A stretch of 64,000 nt of DNA from Wenyingzhuangia sp. (GTDB taxonomy: Bacteria > Bacteroidota > Bacteroidia > Flavobacteriales > Flavobacteriaceae): assembly GCF_039768865.1 (NCBI RefSeq), contig NZ_JBDMZQ010000025.1, one strand, 5' to 3'. Positions 39,808 through 50,082 of this stretch are shown here, piece by piece. The notes below the pieces were generated by a model that was not told the origin of the DNA, ran no database searches, and worked only from the letters and a program-made list of their open reading frames with translations. Position 1 is the first letter of the stretch, and each line of letters opens with the position of its first letter. The position numbers and the translations under genes were made by a program.

Positions 39808-41144
39808 TATCTATTAAATGTAATTCTTTTTCCTTTGATTTCGTCATTAAATTCTCCATTCTCATAGACAAGGTTTCCGTTGACAAATGTGTGTGTGATA
39901 GAGCTACTAAATTGTTTACCCTCAAACGGAGACCACCCACATTTATATAGAATATTTTCTCGAGTAACCGTCCATTTCTTTTCTGGATCTATCAAGACCA
40001 GGTCAGCGTAATATCCTTCTTTGACAAATCCTCTTTTTTCAATATCAAAAAGGATAGCTGGGTTGTGGCACATTTTTTCAACAACTTTTTCAAGTGTAAT
40101 TTTACCTTGATCAACAAAATTTATCATCGCAGGTATGGCATGTTGCACAAGTGGTCCACCACTTGGAGCCTTAGTGTAGTTGTTTTGTTTTTCTTCTAAA
40201 GTGTGTGGGGCATGGTCTGTAGCAATCACATCAATCCTATCGTCTAATAACGCCTTCCAAAGAGCACTTTGGTCCTTTTTAGTTTTTACTGCTGGGTTCC
40301 ATTTGATATATGTGCCTTTTTCAGCATAATCATCACTATTGAAAGTCAAATGGTGGATGCAAACTTCAGCGGTTATCTTTTTGTCTTTTAAAGCAATATC
40401 ATTTCTAAACAATTCTGTTTCAATTGCAGTTGACAAATGAAATATATGCAATCTAGCTCCAGTCTTTTTTGCCAACTCAATCGCTTTAGAAGATGACAAA
40501 TAGCAAGCTTCCTCACTTCGTATGATAGGGTGTTGGGCCATTGGAATGTTTTCACCGTATTTGTTAAGAGCTTTCTGGAAGTTATCTCTAATTGTTTGTT
40601 CATCTTCGCAGTGAACTGAAATTAGCATATTAGTAGAGGAAAATATATTTTCTAGAACTTCAGGATTGTCTACTAGCATGTTTCCTGTAGATGACCCCAA
40701 AAATAACTTGATACCCGCAACTTTTTTTGGGTCGGTTTTTAAAAGTTCTTCTAAGTTGTCATTCGTTCCACCAAACATAAAAGAATAATTTGCATAGGAG
40801 GTTTTTTTGGCAATTTCAAACTTGTCCTCTAGTAATTCTTGAGTAGTAGCTTGTGGAACGGTGTTGGGCATTTCAATGAAAGACGTTATTCCACCTGCAA
40901 TTGCAGCTCTACTTTCAGTGGCAATATTCGCTTTGTGGGTTAGGCCAGGTTCTCTGAAATGCACTTGGTCATCTATGGCTCCTGGGATCATATATTTTCC
41001 TTTGGCATTGATCACTGTAGCGCTTTTAGGTACTTTTATATCCTTTGCAATGGTTTTTATAATTTCATTCTCAATAAGTAGGTCACGCTTAAAAACTTTA
41101 CCTTCATTTATAATTTTAGCTCCCTTTATTACTGTGCATCCCAT
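39807..41144 (-). CDS. pyrC: Dihydroorotase
   Basis: PGAIDDQVHFREPG, EMPNT, VHCED, KWNP, ATDHAPH, KCGWSPFEG. Confidence 0.93.
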   Translation of the reverse strand: MGCTVIKGAKIINEGKVFKRDLLIENEIIKTIAKDIKVPKSATVINAKGKYMIPGAIDDQVHFREPGLTHKANIATESRAAIAGGITSFIEMPNTVPQATTQELLEDKFEIAKKTSYANYSFMFGGTNDNLEELLKTDPKKVAGIKLFLGSSTGNMLVDNPEVLENIFSSTNMLISVHCEDEQTIRDNFQKALNKYGENIPMAQHPIIRSEEACYLSSSKAIELAKKTGARLHIFHLSTAIETELFRNDIALKDKKITAEVCIHHLTFNSDDYAEKGTYIKWNPAVKTKKDQSALWKALLDDRIDVIATDHAPHTLEEKQNNYTKAPSGGPLVQHAIPAMINFVDQGKITLEKVVEKMCHNPAILFDIEKRGFVKEGYYADLVLIDPEKKWTVTRENILYKCGWSPFEGKQFSSSITHTFVNGNLVYENGEFNDEIKGKRITFNR

Positions 41145-41871
41145 GATTTATCGTTTTTTTTAATCCTTTAATTTTCATTTTTATAACTCCAAAAATAGCT
41201 TCACTTATTATTGAACTGTCTAATTTTGATTCCCCTTTCGTTCTATCTGTAAAAACAATAGCTACTTCTTTGATTTTAAATAGGCGTAACCAAGCTTTGA
41301 ATTTCATTTCAATTTGAAAAGCATATCCTGTAAATCTTATTTCGCTGTAATCTATGGTTTCTAATACTTTTCTACGGTAACAAATAAACCCTGCGGTAGT
41401 ATCAAATACGGGGATTCCTGTGATCAATTTTACGTACTTAGAGGCTAAGTAAGACAAAATTAACCTTTTAAAGTCCCAGTTGATCACATTGATTTTATTG
41501 TTGATGTATCTTGATCCAATTGCCAAATCATAGCCCTCTTTTTCGCAGGCATGGATTAGTCTCGGTATGTCTTTTGGGTTATGCGAAAAATCAGCATCCA
41601 TTTCTAAGATGTACTCATACTCTTTTTGGATGGCCCATTTAAACCCAAAAATATATGCTTTACCCAGTCCTCTACTGTTGGTTCTAACTTGTAAGTATAA
41701 GTTTTTTTTGATTTCTTGTAGTTTTTTTACGACTTCTATTGTACCGTCTGTAGAACTGTCATCAACCACTAGGATATGATAGTCAGAGTTTACCTCCAAC
41801 ACTGCCTCAATGATGTTGTTAATATTCTCAACTTCATTAAGAGTTGGGATGATAATAAGTACCGGATACAT
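41116..41871 (-). CDS. Polyprenol-monophosphomannose synthase (GT2, DPM1-like)
   Basis: IIPTLNE, VDDSSTDGT, GLGKAY, EMDADFSH, GSRY, GYAFQIE. Confidence 0.9.
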   Translation of the reverse strand: MYPVLIIIPTLNEVENINNIIEAVLEVNSDYHILVVDDSSTDGTIEVVKKLQEIKKNLYLQVRTNSRGLGKAYIFGFKWAIQKEYEYILEMDADFSHNPKDIPRLIHACEKEGYDLAIGSRYINNKINVINWDFKRLILSYLASKYVKLITGIPVFDTTAGFICYRRKVLETIDYSEIRFTGYAFQIEMKFKAWLRLFKIKEVAIVFTDRTKGESKLDSSIISEAIFGVIKMKIKGLKKTINHGMHSNKGS

Positions 41872-41952
41872 ACGATTGGTTTGTTTTACAAATTTACGTT
41901 TTTTTATTGCTAATTTTACAGCAATATTAATTAGATATTTACAGCAAAACTA

Positions 41953-42609
41953 ATGAATCCAGATCTTCTAGATAATTCTTATTACAACAACGTTAATTTG
42001 TTGTTGTTGATCCCTTTGCTCTTGCTTTTTTTTATTTTTTCTATCAATCCAGATAAGACTAAAAAAATGTTCAAATGTTTTTTTTCGAATGCTTACTTTT
42101 ATACCTATCAAAATGATACATTCAGTAAGTTGTCTATCTATCAAGTTTTGGTCTTTATGTTCTCTTCTTTTGTTTTTACTTTCTTTTTAGTGATCGTAAA
42201 ATATGATAAACACGTCACCTTTCATTATTTTTCAGAATGTTTCAATACAATTATTTATTTTAATATTATTTATTTTTCACTCAAATACATTTTTTCCGAA
42301 TGCTTATATAGATTCTCTGGCAAAAAAGTATTTTTCAAGCAAATTTTGCTGGTAGAGAGCTGCTACTTGGTTACCATTCTTTTGTTTCTTTTTTTTGTGT
42401 TGGCCCATGCTTTTTTATATTTGAATCATTATGATTTTGTGAGGCACTATATTTTGTTGTTGTTTTTTGTATTGTACTCAATTAGAGTTGTTTATCTTTT
42501 GGTAAACAATAAAAACTTGCTGTTTGGTAAAGTTTTGCATATAATTTTGTATCTTTGCACGCTAGAAATAATTCCATTTATTTATTTATTCAAAAGCTAT
42601 ATAGAGTAA
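41953..42609 (+). CDS. DUF4271-like polytopic membrane protein
   Basis: Multiple TM helices, C-terminal ILYLCTLEIIP, upstream of hemD. Confidence 0.75.
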   Translation: MNPDLLDNSYYNNVNLLLLIPLLLLFFIFSINPDKTKKMFKCFFSNAYFYTYQNDTFSKLSIYQVLVFMFSSFVFTFFLVIVKYDKHVTFHYFSECFNTIIYFNIIYFSLKYIFSECLYRFSGKKVFFKQILLVESCYLVTILLFLFFVLAHAFLYLNHYDFVRHYILLLFFVLYSIRVVYLLVNNKNLLFGKVLHIILYLCTLEIIPFIYLFKSYIE

Positions 42610-42616
42610 GAAAAAG

Positions 42617-43366
42617 ATGAAAGTCAAAACAATATTAGTATCCCAGCCAGAACCAAAAGCTGACCAGCTATCTCCATTCTCGATACTATCTACCAAACAA
42701 AAAGTGAAGGTAGATTTTAGATCATTTATTCATGTTGAAGGTTTGACGGTAAGAGAGGTTCGTAATCAGAAAATTGATTTAGGTAAATATTCGGCTATCA
42801 TTTTGACCAGTAGAAATGCAGTAGATCATTTTTTTAGAATCGCTGAAGAGATGCGTTTTAAAGTCCCAAACGAATTGAAGTATTTCTGTCAGTCTGAAGC
42901 TGTTGCTTATTATTTACAAAAGTATGTTGTTTATAGAAAACGAAAGATTTACGTAGGAAAAAGAACTTTTCCAGATCTTTGTGAAATCATTAAGAAACAC
43001 AAAACCGAAAGGTTTTTATTACCGTCATCAGATAAATTAAAGGATCTTATCCCTGAATCTTTAGACGCCATGGGATTGGATTGGAAAAGAGCAGACCTCT
43101 ACAGAACCGTAACGAGTGATTTGTCCGACTTAGAAAAGGTTACTTATGATGTGTTGGTGTTTTTCAGTCCTTCTGGAATCCAGTCTTTGTTTAAAAACTT
43201 TCCGGAGTTTAAGCAAAACAATACTAGGATAGCAGTATATGGAAATTCTACAGTTAAAGCTGCAACAGAAGCAGGCTTGCAAGTAGATGTTTCTGCACCT
43301 TCGCCAGAGAGCCCCTCTATGACAATGGCTTTAGAGAAGTATATTAAAGAAGTAAACAAAAAGTAA
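42617..43366 (+). CDS. hemD: Uroporphyrinogen-III synthase (Bacteroidota type)
   Basis: ILVSQP, LTSRNAVD, YRKRKI, FFSPSGI. Confidence 0.88.
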   Translation: MKVKTILVSQPEPKADQLSPFSILSTKQKVKVDFRSFIHVEGLTVREVRNQKIDLGKYSAIILTSRNAVDHFFRIAEEMRFKVPNELKYFCQSEAVAYYLQKYVVYRKRKIYVGKRTFPDLCEIIKKHKTERFLLPSSDKLKDLIPESLDAMGLDWKRADLYRTVTSDLSDLEKVTYDVLVFFSPSGIQSLFKNFPEFKQNNTRIAVYGNSTVKAATEAGLQVDVSAPSPESPSMTMALEKYIKEVNKK

Positions 43367-43389
43367 TTTTTATTTTTTGCAAAATATAT

Positions 43390-43422
43390 AAAGAGCCTAT
43401 TTTGATATAGGCTCTTTTTTTT
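43390..43422 (+). terminator. Intrinsic terminator after hemD
   Basis: AAAGAGCCTAT-loop-ATAGGCTCTTT followed by T run. Confidence 0.85.
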
Positions 43423-43440
43423 ATCATAAATAATATTGTA

Positions 43441-44019
43441 ATGTTTCAAATAGGAAAAACAATTGTTTCAGAGGAAGTGTTAGAAAAAGATTTTGTTTGC
43501 AACATATCGGCTTGTAAAGGAGAGTGTTGTGTTTCCGGAGATGCTGGAGCTCCTGTGTTAGAAGAAGAGACAAAAAATCTTAACGAAGTTTACCCAAAGA
43601 TCAAGCATCTATTAAGGGTAGAAGGTATTTCTGCTATAGAAGAACAAGGAACTTTTACCATTTCTGAACATGGAGAGCGTGAAACAACTTTAGTAAATGG
43701 GAAAGAGTGTGCTTTCGTTACTTTTGACCATAAAGGAATCAGCTCTTGTGGAATAGAGCAAGCTTACAACCAAGGTTTGGTTGATTGGAAAAAACCAATA
43801 TCGTGTCATCTATATCCTATTCGTGTACAAGATTATGCTGAATTTTCTGCGGTTAATTATAATACTTGGAATATTTGTGATGATGCTTGTGTTTTAGGAA
43901 AAGAACTCCAAGTGCCAGTATATAAGTTTTTGAAGAATGCACTTATTTTAAAATTCGGAAATAATTGGTATTTAGAGTTAGAAAAGGTTGCAGAAGAATG
44001 GAAGAAAAGGCAAAAGTAA
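43441..44019 (+). CDS. DUF3109 family Cys-rich protein
   Basis: FVCNISACKGECCVSGDAGAP, ECAF, CGIE, KPISCHLYP. Confidence 0.85.
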   Translation: MFQIGKTIVSEEVLEKDFVCNISACKGECCVSGDAGAPVLEEETKNLNEVYPKIKHLLRVEGISAIEEQGTFTISEHGERETTLVNGKECAFVTFDHKGISSCGIEQAYNQGLVDWKKPISCHLYPIRVQDYAEFSAVNYNTWNICDDACVLGKELQVPVYKFLKNALILKFGNNWYLELEKVAEEWKKRQK

Positions 44020-44258
44020 TCCATATTTATTTTTATGACTCTTGTGTGAGTGCACAATAAACCCTCTTTAATACTGACTTTCCTCTCATTTTTTTTTCAA
44101 AACATCATGTTTTCTTCACTGATAATATAGCCTCTTATTTTGTGTATTGTTAAGAACTTTTGGTTTTTGTGAATAAGTAGTTCTTTTATTCAAAACTATT
44201 TTTTACAATCTTTGTTAGCAATAAAATGTATAGTATAAACCAAAGAAAAAACTAAGAT

Positions 44259-45230
44259 ATGCCTCAAGTTGAACCAATTCTACAAGATGACCCAAACAGA
44301 TTTGTAATTTTCCCAATACAACACCAAGATATATGGGAATGGTATAAAAAACAAGAAGCTAGTATATGGACTGCAGAAGAGATTGATCTTCACCAAGATG
44401 TTGTAGATTGGGAGAACAAGCTTAACGATGATGAACGTTATTTTATCAAGCACATATTAGCCTTTTTTGCGGCTTCTGATGGTATTGTAAATGAAAATTT
44501 AGCTGAAAACTTTGTGAGTGAAGTTCAATATGCTGAAGCAAAATTCTTTTATGGTTTTCAGATCATGATGGAAAATATTCATTCCGAAGTATATTCTTTA
44601 TTGATTGATACATATGTAAAAAATGAAGAAGAAAAAAACAAACTGTTTCAAGCGATAGAGCATTTTCCAGCGATTAAACTTAAAGCAGATTGGGCGCTCA
44701 AATGGATAGAGTCAGATTCTTTTGCAGAGCGCTTGATAGCCTTTGCTGCAGTAGAGGGGATTTTCTTCTCAGGAAGTTTTTGTGCCATCTTCTGGATGAA
44801 GAAACGAGGTTTACTACCAGGATTAACTTTCTCGAACGAGTTGATATCTAGAGATGAAGGGCTTCACTGTGATTTTGCAGTTCACTTGCACAACAATCAC
44901 ATTGTGAATAAAGTGCCAAAAGAAAGAATTAAAGAGATTATTGTTGATGCATTGAATATTGAAAAAGTGTTTATAACAGAGTCTTTACCAGTTAGTTTGA
45001 TTGGTATGAATGCTAATTTGATGGGTCAATATCTTGAATTCGTGACGGATAGATTACTGGTAGAGTTTGGATGTGAAAGAGAATACAACTCAAGCAATCC
45101 ATTTGATTTCATGGATATGATTTCTCTGGAAGGTAAAACAAACTTCTTCGAGAAAAGAGTTTCAGAATATCAAAAGGCTGGAGTCAAATCAGGAGGAACT
45201 GGAGAGATAAGCTTTGATGCTGATTTTTAA
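44259..45230 (+). CDS. nrdB: Class Ia ribonucleotide reductase beta subunit
   Basis: [44 protein letters not shown]. Confidence 0.97.
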   Translation: MPQVEPILQDDPNRFVIFPIQHQDIWEWYKKQEASIWTAEEIDLHQDVVDWENKLNDDERYFIKHILAFFAASDGIVNENLAENFVSEVQYAEAKFFYGFQIMMENIHSEVYSLLIDTYVKNEEEKNKLFQAIEHFPAIKLKADWALKWIESDSFAERLIAFAAVEGIFFSGSFCAIFWMKKRGLLPGLTFSNELISRDEGLHCDFAVHLHNNHIVNKVPKERIKEIIVDALNIEKVFITESLPVSLIGMNANLMGQYLEFVTDRLLVEFGCEREYNSSNPFDFMDMISLEGKTNFFEKRVSEYQKAGVKSGGTGEISFDADF

Positions 45231-45326
45231 TTAAAGAAAACAACTTTATTTAATTTTTTGCAGTGCTTTTTAAAAAGCGCTGTTAGAACTATACTACCTA
45301 TAAACTAACTAATTAAAAATATATTT

Positions 45327-47711
45327 ATGTACGTAATTAAAAGAGATGGGCAAAAGGAGTCCGTGATGTTTGACAAAATCACGGCAAGAATTAGAAAAAT
45401 TTGTTACGGGTTAAACCCACTGGTTGATCCAGTTAAGGTAGCCATGCGTGTCATAGAAGGTTTGTATGATGGAGTAACAACTTCGGAGTTAGATAACCTA
45501 GCTGCCGAAATTGCAGCAACATTGACCACTGCCCATCCAGATTACGCGAAGTTAGCAGCAAGAATTTCAGTTTCTAATTTGCATAAGAACACAGAGAAGT
45601 CTTTTTCTGCTACCATGAAAGAATTGTACGAGTATGTCAATCCACGTACTGGTTTAGAAGCCCCACTGTTGTCAGATGAGGTGTACAAGGTAATTCAAGA
45701 CAATGCAGCTTTGCTAGATTCTTCGATCGTATATGACAGAGATTTCAATTACGATTATTTTGGATTTAAGACATTAGAGCGCTCTTATCTTTTGAAGATC
45801 AATGGTCAGATTGCAGAGCGTCCTCAACAGATGCTAATGCGTGTCTCTATAGGTATTCATTTGAATGACATAGATGAGGCTATAGAAACGTACAATTTAA
45901 TGAGTAAAAAGTATTTTACTCATGCAACTCCAACTTTGTTCAATTCGGGAACTCCTAAACCACAAATGTCTTCATGTTTCTTGCTACAAATGCAAGATGA
46001 CAGTATTGAAGGAATTTATGATACATTAAAGCAGACAGCTAAAATATCTCAGTCAGCAGGTGGGATAGGATTATCTATACATAATATTAGAGCTACAGGT
46101 TCTTATATCCGTGGGACAAATGGAACTTCAAACGGAATCATACCTATGCTAAAGGTCTATAATGATACCGCTCGTTATGTTGACCAAGGAGGAGGAAAAC
46201 GTAAAGGATCTTTTGCTATTTACATAGAACCCTGGCATGCTGATGTTTTTGAGTTCTTAGATTTAAGAAAGAACACAGGGGCTGAAGAAAAGCGTGCAAG
46301 AGATTTGTTTTTAGCATTATGGATTTCAGATTTGTTTATGAAGCGTGTTGAGCAGAATGCAGAATGGACACTGATGTGTCCTAATGAATGTCCAGGATTG
46401 TATGATACATACGGAGAAGAGTTCGAAGCTTTGTATACTGAATACGAGGCCAAAGGCAAGGGACGAAAAACAATCAAAGCCCGTGAGTTATGGGAAAAAG
46501 TTTTAGAAGCTCAAATAGAAACTGGAAATCCTTACATGCTTTATAAGGATTCAGTCAACAGAAAATCGAATCAAAAGAACCTAGGAGTTATTCGTTCTTC
46601 TAATTTGTGTACTGAAATCATGGAGTATACAGCTAAGGATGAGGTAGCTGTTTGTAATTTAGCATCAATTGCGGTGTCAATGTTTGTAGAAACGAATGAC
46701 AAAGGAGAGAAGTTTTTTGATCATGACAAGTTGTACAAAGTTGTTAAAAAAGTAACAAGAAACTTGGACACTGTTATTGATAGAAATTATTATCCAGTAA
46801 AAGAAGCCGAAAATTCAAACATGAGACACCGTCCCGTAGGATTAGGTATCCAAGGGTTGGCGGATGCGTTTATCATGCTAAGGTTACCGTTTACTTCAGA
46901 AGCAGCGAAGCAATTGAATAAAGATATATTCGAAACGCTATATTTTGCAGCAGTAGAGTCTTCTATGGAAATTGCCTCAAGCAAAGGAGCTTATTCTACA
47001 TTTAAGGGTTCTCCAATGTCTAAAGGAGAGTTTCAGTTTAATATGTGGGGTATTAATGATGAGGATTTAAGCGGTCGTTGGGACTGGGGTAAGCTGCGAA
47101 AATCAGTAAAGAAAAATGGAGTGCGTAACTCTTTATTAGTTGCACCAATGCCAACAGCTTCTACCTCACAGATTTTAGGAAACAATGAGGCTTTTGAACC
47201 CTATACTTCCAATATCTATACACGTAGAGTGTTGTCAGGTGAGTTTATTGTAGTCAACAAGCATCTATTAGAAGATTTGGTAGAGCTTGGTTTGTGGGAT
47301 AATGCTTTGAAAGAAGAATTGATGAGAGCCAATGGTTCTATTCAGCACATTGAAGAGATTCCTCAGGATTTAAAAGATTTATACAAAACAGTCTGGGAAT
47401 TAAGTATGAAAGATATTATTGACATGTCAAGGCATAGAGGTTATTTTATTGATCAATCTCAATCTTTAAACTTGTTTATGGAAGATGCAAATTACTCTAA
47501 ATTGACATCGATGCACTTCTATGCTTGGAAATCTGGCTTAAAAACAGGAATGTATTATTTAAGAACCAAATCAGCAGTTAATGCGATCAAGTTTACTCTA
47601 AATAATGATAAAAAAGAGCAAGAGGAAGAATCATTATCTCCTGAAGAGTTTAAAGAGATGGTCCTGAGGTCTCAGGAAAACCCTGATGATTGTGAAATGT
47701 GCGGGTCTTAG
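45327..47711 (+). CDS. nrdA: Class Ia ribonucleotide reductase alpha subunit with ATP cone
   Basis: VIKRDG ATP cone, [37 protein letters not shown]-terminal CEMC. Confidence 0.98.
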   Translation: MYVIKRDGQKESVMFDKITARIRKICYGLNPLVDPVKVAMRVIEGLYDGVTTSELDNLAAEIAATLTTAHPDYAKLAARISVSNLHKNTEKSFSATMKELYEYVNPRTGLEAPLLSDEVYKVIQDNAALLDSSIVYDRDFNYDYFGFKTLERSYLLKINGQIAERPQQMLMRVSIGIHLNDIDEAIETYNLMSKKYFTHATPTLFNSGTPKPQMSSCFLLQMQDDSIEGIYDTLKQTAKISQSAGGIGLSIHNIRATGSYIRGTNGTSNGIIPMLKVYNDTARYVDQGGGKRKGSFAIYIEPWHADVFEFLDLRKNTGAEEKRARDLFLALWISDLFMKRVEQNAEWTLMCPNECPGLYDTYGEEFEALYTEYEAKGKGRKTIKARELWEKVLEAQIETGNPYMLYKDSVNRKSNQKNLGVIRSSNLCTEIMEYTAKDEVAVCNLASIAVSMFVETNDKGEKFFDHDKLYKVVKKVTRNLDTVIDRNYYPVKEAENSNMRHRPVGLGIQGLADAFIMLRLPFTSEAAKQLNKDIFETLYFAAVESSMEIASSKGAYSTFKGSPMSKGEFQFNMWGINDEDLSGRWDWGKLRKSVKKNGVRNSLLVAPMPTASTSQILGNNEAFEPYTSNIYTRRVLSGEFIVVNKHLLEDLVELGLWDNALKEELMRANGSIQHIEEIPQDLKDLYKTVWELSMKDIIDMSRHRGYFIDQSQSLNLFMEDANYSKLTSMHFYAWKSGLKTGMYYLRTKSAVNAIKFTLNNDKKEQEEESLSPEEFKEMVLRSQENPDDCEMCGS

Positions 47712-47731
47712 AAAGTACCTAAAACAAATAG

Positions 47732-47766
47732 AAAAGCAGTTTAGAACGATCTAAACTGCTTTTTTT
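47732..47766 (+). terminator. Intrinsic terminator after nrdA
   Basis: AAAAGCAGTTTAGA-ACGA-TCTAAACTGC followed by T7. Confidence 0.9.
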
Positions 47767-47848
47767 GTTTTGCAAAATAGCTGACAGATTCGTGATGGAT
47801 TCGTTTTTAGTTTATTTATATTTGTTGCTCAAAACAATAGGCATTTGT

Positions 47849-49225
47849 ATGGCACAAAAACCAAGTATTCCTAAAGGTACTAGAGATTTTTCTCCAGTTG
47901 AAATAGCAAAGCGAGATTACATTTTTACAACAATTAAATCTGTTTTTAAGAATTTTGGATTTCAATCGATAGAAACTCCTTCATTTGAAAACTCAAAAAC
48001 CTTAATGGGTAAGTATGGCGACGAGGGAGATAGATTGATTTTTAAAATCTTGAATTCAGGAGACTATTTAAAAAAAGCTAGTGACAATGCACTGATTAAT
48101 AGAGACAGCAAAACATTGTTGAGTGATATTTCTGAAAAAGCTTTGCGATACGACTTGACAGTACCATTTGCTCGTTATGTAGTCCAACATCAAAACGAAA
48201 TAGAATTTCCCTTTAAGAGGTTTCAAATCCAACCTGTCTGGAGGGCAGACCGTCCACAAAAAGGTAGGTTTAGAGAGTTTTATCAGTGTGATGCGGACGT
48301 TGTAGGTAGTGATTCCCTTTGGCAAGAAGTTGATTTTATACAATTGTATGATACTGTTTTTTATAAATTAGGCCTTAAAGGGGTAACTATTAAAATGAAC
48401 AACAGAAAAATCTTGTCAGGTATTGCTGAGGTTATTGGTGCTAGCGATAAGTTGATAGATTTTACAGTAGCCTTGGACAAGTTAGATAAAATTGGCAAAG
48501 AAGGAGTGATCCAAGAAATGTTAGAAAAAGGTATTTCAGAGCAAGCGATTCAAAAAGTATCGCCTCTTTTTATGTTTACCGGTCCTAACCAAGAAAAGTT
48601 GGATCAGTTAGCAGAAATGTTGGCTGATTCAGAAGAAGGAACCAAAGGTATCGATGAATTAAGATTCATTATAGATACGATAGAAGCGATAGGATTGGAA
48701 TCCTCACGTTTGATATTAGATGTAACTTTGGCCCGTGGATTAAATTATTACACTGGTGCGATATTTGAAGTTGCTGCGCCTGAGGGTGTAAAGATGGGAT
48801 CCATTGGAGGAGGAGGTCGTTACGATGATTTAACAGGTGTTTTTGGTCTAAAAGGAATTAGTGGAGTTGGAATATCTTTTGGGCTAGATAGAATTTATTT
48901 GGTTTTAGAAGAGTTAGAGCTATTTAAACAAGTGCAGCAGCCTAGGCCAGATGTTTTGTTTATCAATTTCGGAGATAATGAAGCGCTTTATGCGACAAAA
49001 GCTATCGCTAAACTAAGATCAGAGGGAGTTAAATCAGAGTTATACCCCGGAAGTGCAAAAATGAAAAAACAAATGACTTATGCCAATAAAAGAGGTATTC
49101 CTTATGTTGTGCTAGTGGGTTCTAAGGAAATAAATGATGGAGAGTACACTCTAAAAAACATGATTACAGGTGAACAATCTGTATGTAAGTTAAATGAATT
49201 GTTACAAATCGTAATTAATTCGTAA
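47849..49225 (+). CDS. hisS: Histidine--tRNA ligase
   Basis: [42 protein letters not shown]. Confidence 0.98.
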   Translation: MAQKPSIPKGTRDFSPVEIAKRDYIFTTIKSVFKNFGFQSIETPSFENSKTLMGKYGDEGDRLIFKILNSGDYLKKASDNALINRDSKTLLSDISEKALRYDLTVPFARYVVQHQNEIEFPFKRFQIQPVWRADRPQKGRFREFYQCDADVVGSDSLWQEVDFIQLYDTVFYKLGLKGVTIKMNNRKILSGIAEVIGASDKLIDFTVALDKLDKIGKEGVIQEMLEKGISEQAIQKVSPLFMFTGPNQEKLDQLAEMLADSEEGTKGIDELRFIIDTIEAIGLESSRLILDVTLARGLNYYTGAIFEVAAPEGVKMGSIGGGGRYDDLTGVFGLKGISGVGISFGLDRIYLVLEELELFKQVQQPRPDVLFINFGDNEALYATKAIAKLRSEGVKSELYPGSAKMKKQMTYANKRGIPYVVLVGSKEINDGEYTLKNMITGEQSVCKLNELLQIVINS

Positions 49226-49249
49226 ATTTGCAACTTATAACATATAAAT

Positions 49250-49936
49250 ATGTCCCAAGAAATTGACATAATGAACTACGAAGAAATTGATGATTTAGGA
49301 GATAATCACATCGGAGATGTGACCAAAACGCCAATGCGAGATGATGCTTTTGAATTGTCCGACGCAAAAAAGATAGAGAGAATACAAAAGAATGTTAAAG
49401 AAATCATGGAAACGCTCGGGTTGGATTTAACAGATGATAGTTTGCAAGGAACACCGAGGCGAGTGGCCAAAGCATATGTCAAAGAATTGTTCGGAGGTCT
49501 AAATCCTCAAAACAGACCAAAACTCTCAACATTTAGCAACAGTTACCAGTATGGAGAGATGTTGGTTGAAAAAAACATTGTGGTATACTCCACATGTGAA
49601 CACCACTTGTTGCCAATTGTTGGACGCGCCCATGTGGCATACATATCTAAGGGAACTGTAGTAGGGTTATCAAAAATGAATCGTATTGTAGATCATTTCG
49701 CTAAAAGACCCCAAGTTCAAGAGAGATTAACCCGCCAAATAGTAAAAGCGCTGCAAGAAGCTTTAGGCACGGCAGACGTTGCTTGTATCATAGATGCAAA
49801 GCATTTATGTGTCAATTCTAGAGGTGTAAAAGATATTGAAAGTTCAACTGTGACTGGAGAATTTGGAGGTGCTTTTAAAAGTATAGATAAACAAAAGGAG
49901 TTTAGAGATTATATTAAATTAGAAACGAAGTTTTAA
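49250..49936 (+). CDS. folE: GTP cyclohydrolase I
   Basis: TPRRVAK, CEHHLLP, GLSK, RPQVQERLT, HLC..SRG; -7 box TAAATTTG overlaps the hisS stop (49223-49230). Confidence 0.97.
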   Translation: MSQEIDIMNYEEIDDLGDNHIGDVTKTPMRDDAFELSDAKKIERIQKNVKEIMETLGLDLTDDSLQGTPRRVAKAYVKELFGGLNPQNRPKLSTFSNSYQYGEMLVEKNIVVYSTCEHHLLPIVGRAHVAYISKGTVVGLSKMNRIVDHFAKRPQVQERLTRQIVKALQEALGTADVACIIDAKHLCVNSRGVKDIESSTVTGEFGGAFKSIDKQKEFRDYIKLETKF

Positions 49937-49955
49937 TTGAATATTTCCACAAAAC

Positions 49956-49993
49956 AAAAAAACCTGTAAAGTCCTCTTTACAGGTTTTTTTTT
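49956..49993 (+). terminator. Intrinsic terminator after folE
   Basis: A7-CCTGTAAAG-TCCT-CTTTACAGG-T run. Confidence 0.9.
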
Positions 49994-50082
49994 AAAAAGG
50001 TCTTTTGTTCAATAGTAACTCTTCAAAATGTATTCCTTTGTGAAAAAAGAAGTATTTTTGATTTATAAAAATTTAAAAAAAT

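Noticed and set aside
6619-49936. Apparent folate/one-carbon/pterin gene concentration (queE, folD, glyA, serB, 5-FTHF cyclo-ligase, folE)
   Set aside because: Spread over 43 kb in separate transcription units, with no shared motif or riboswitch seen
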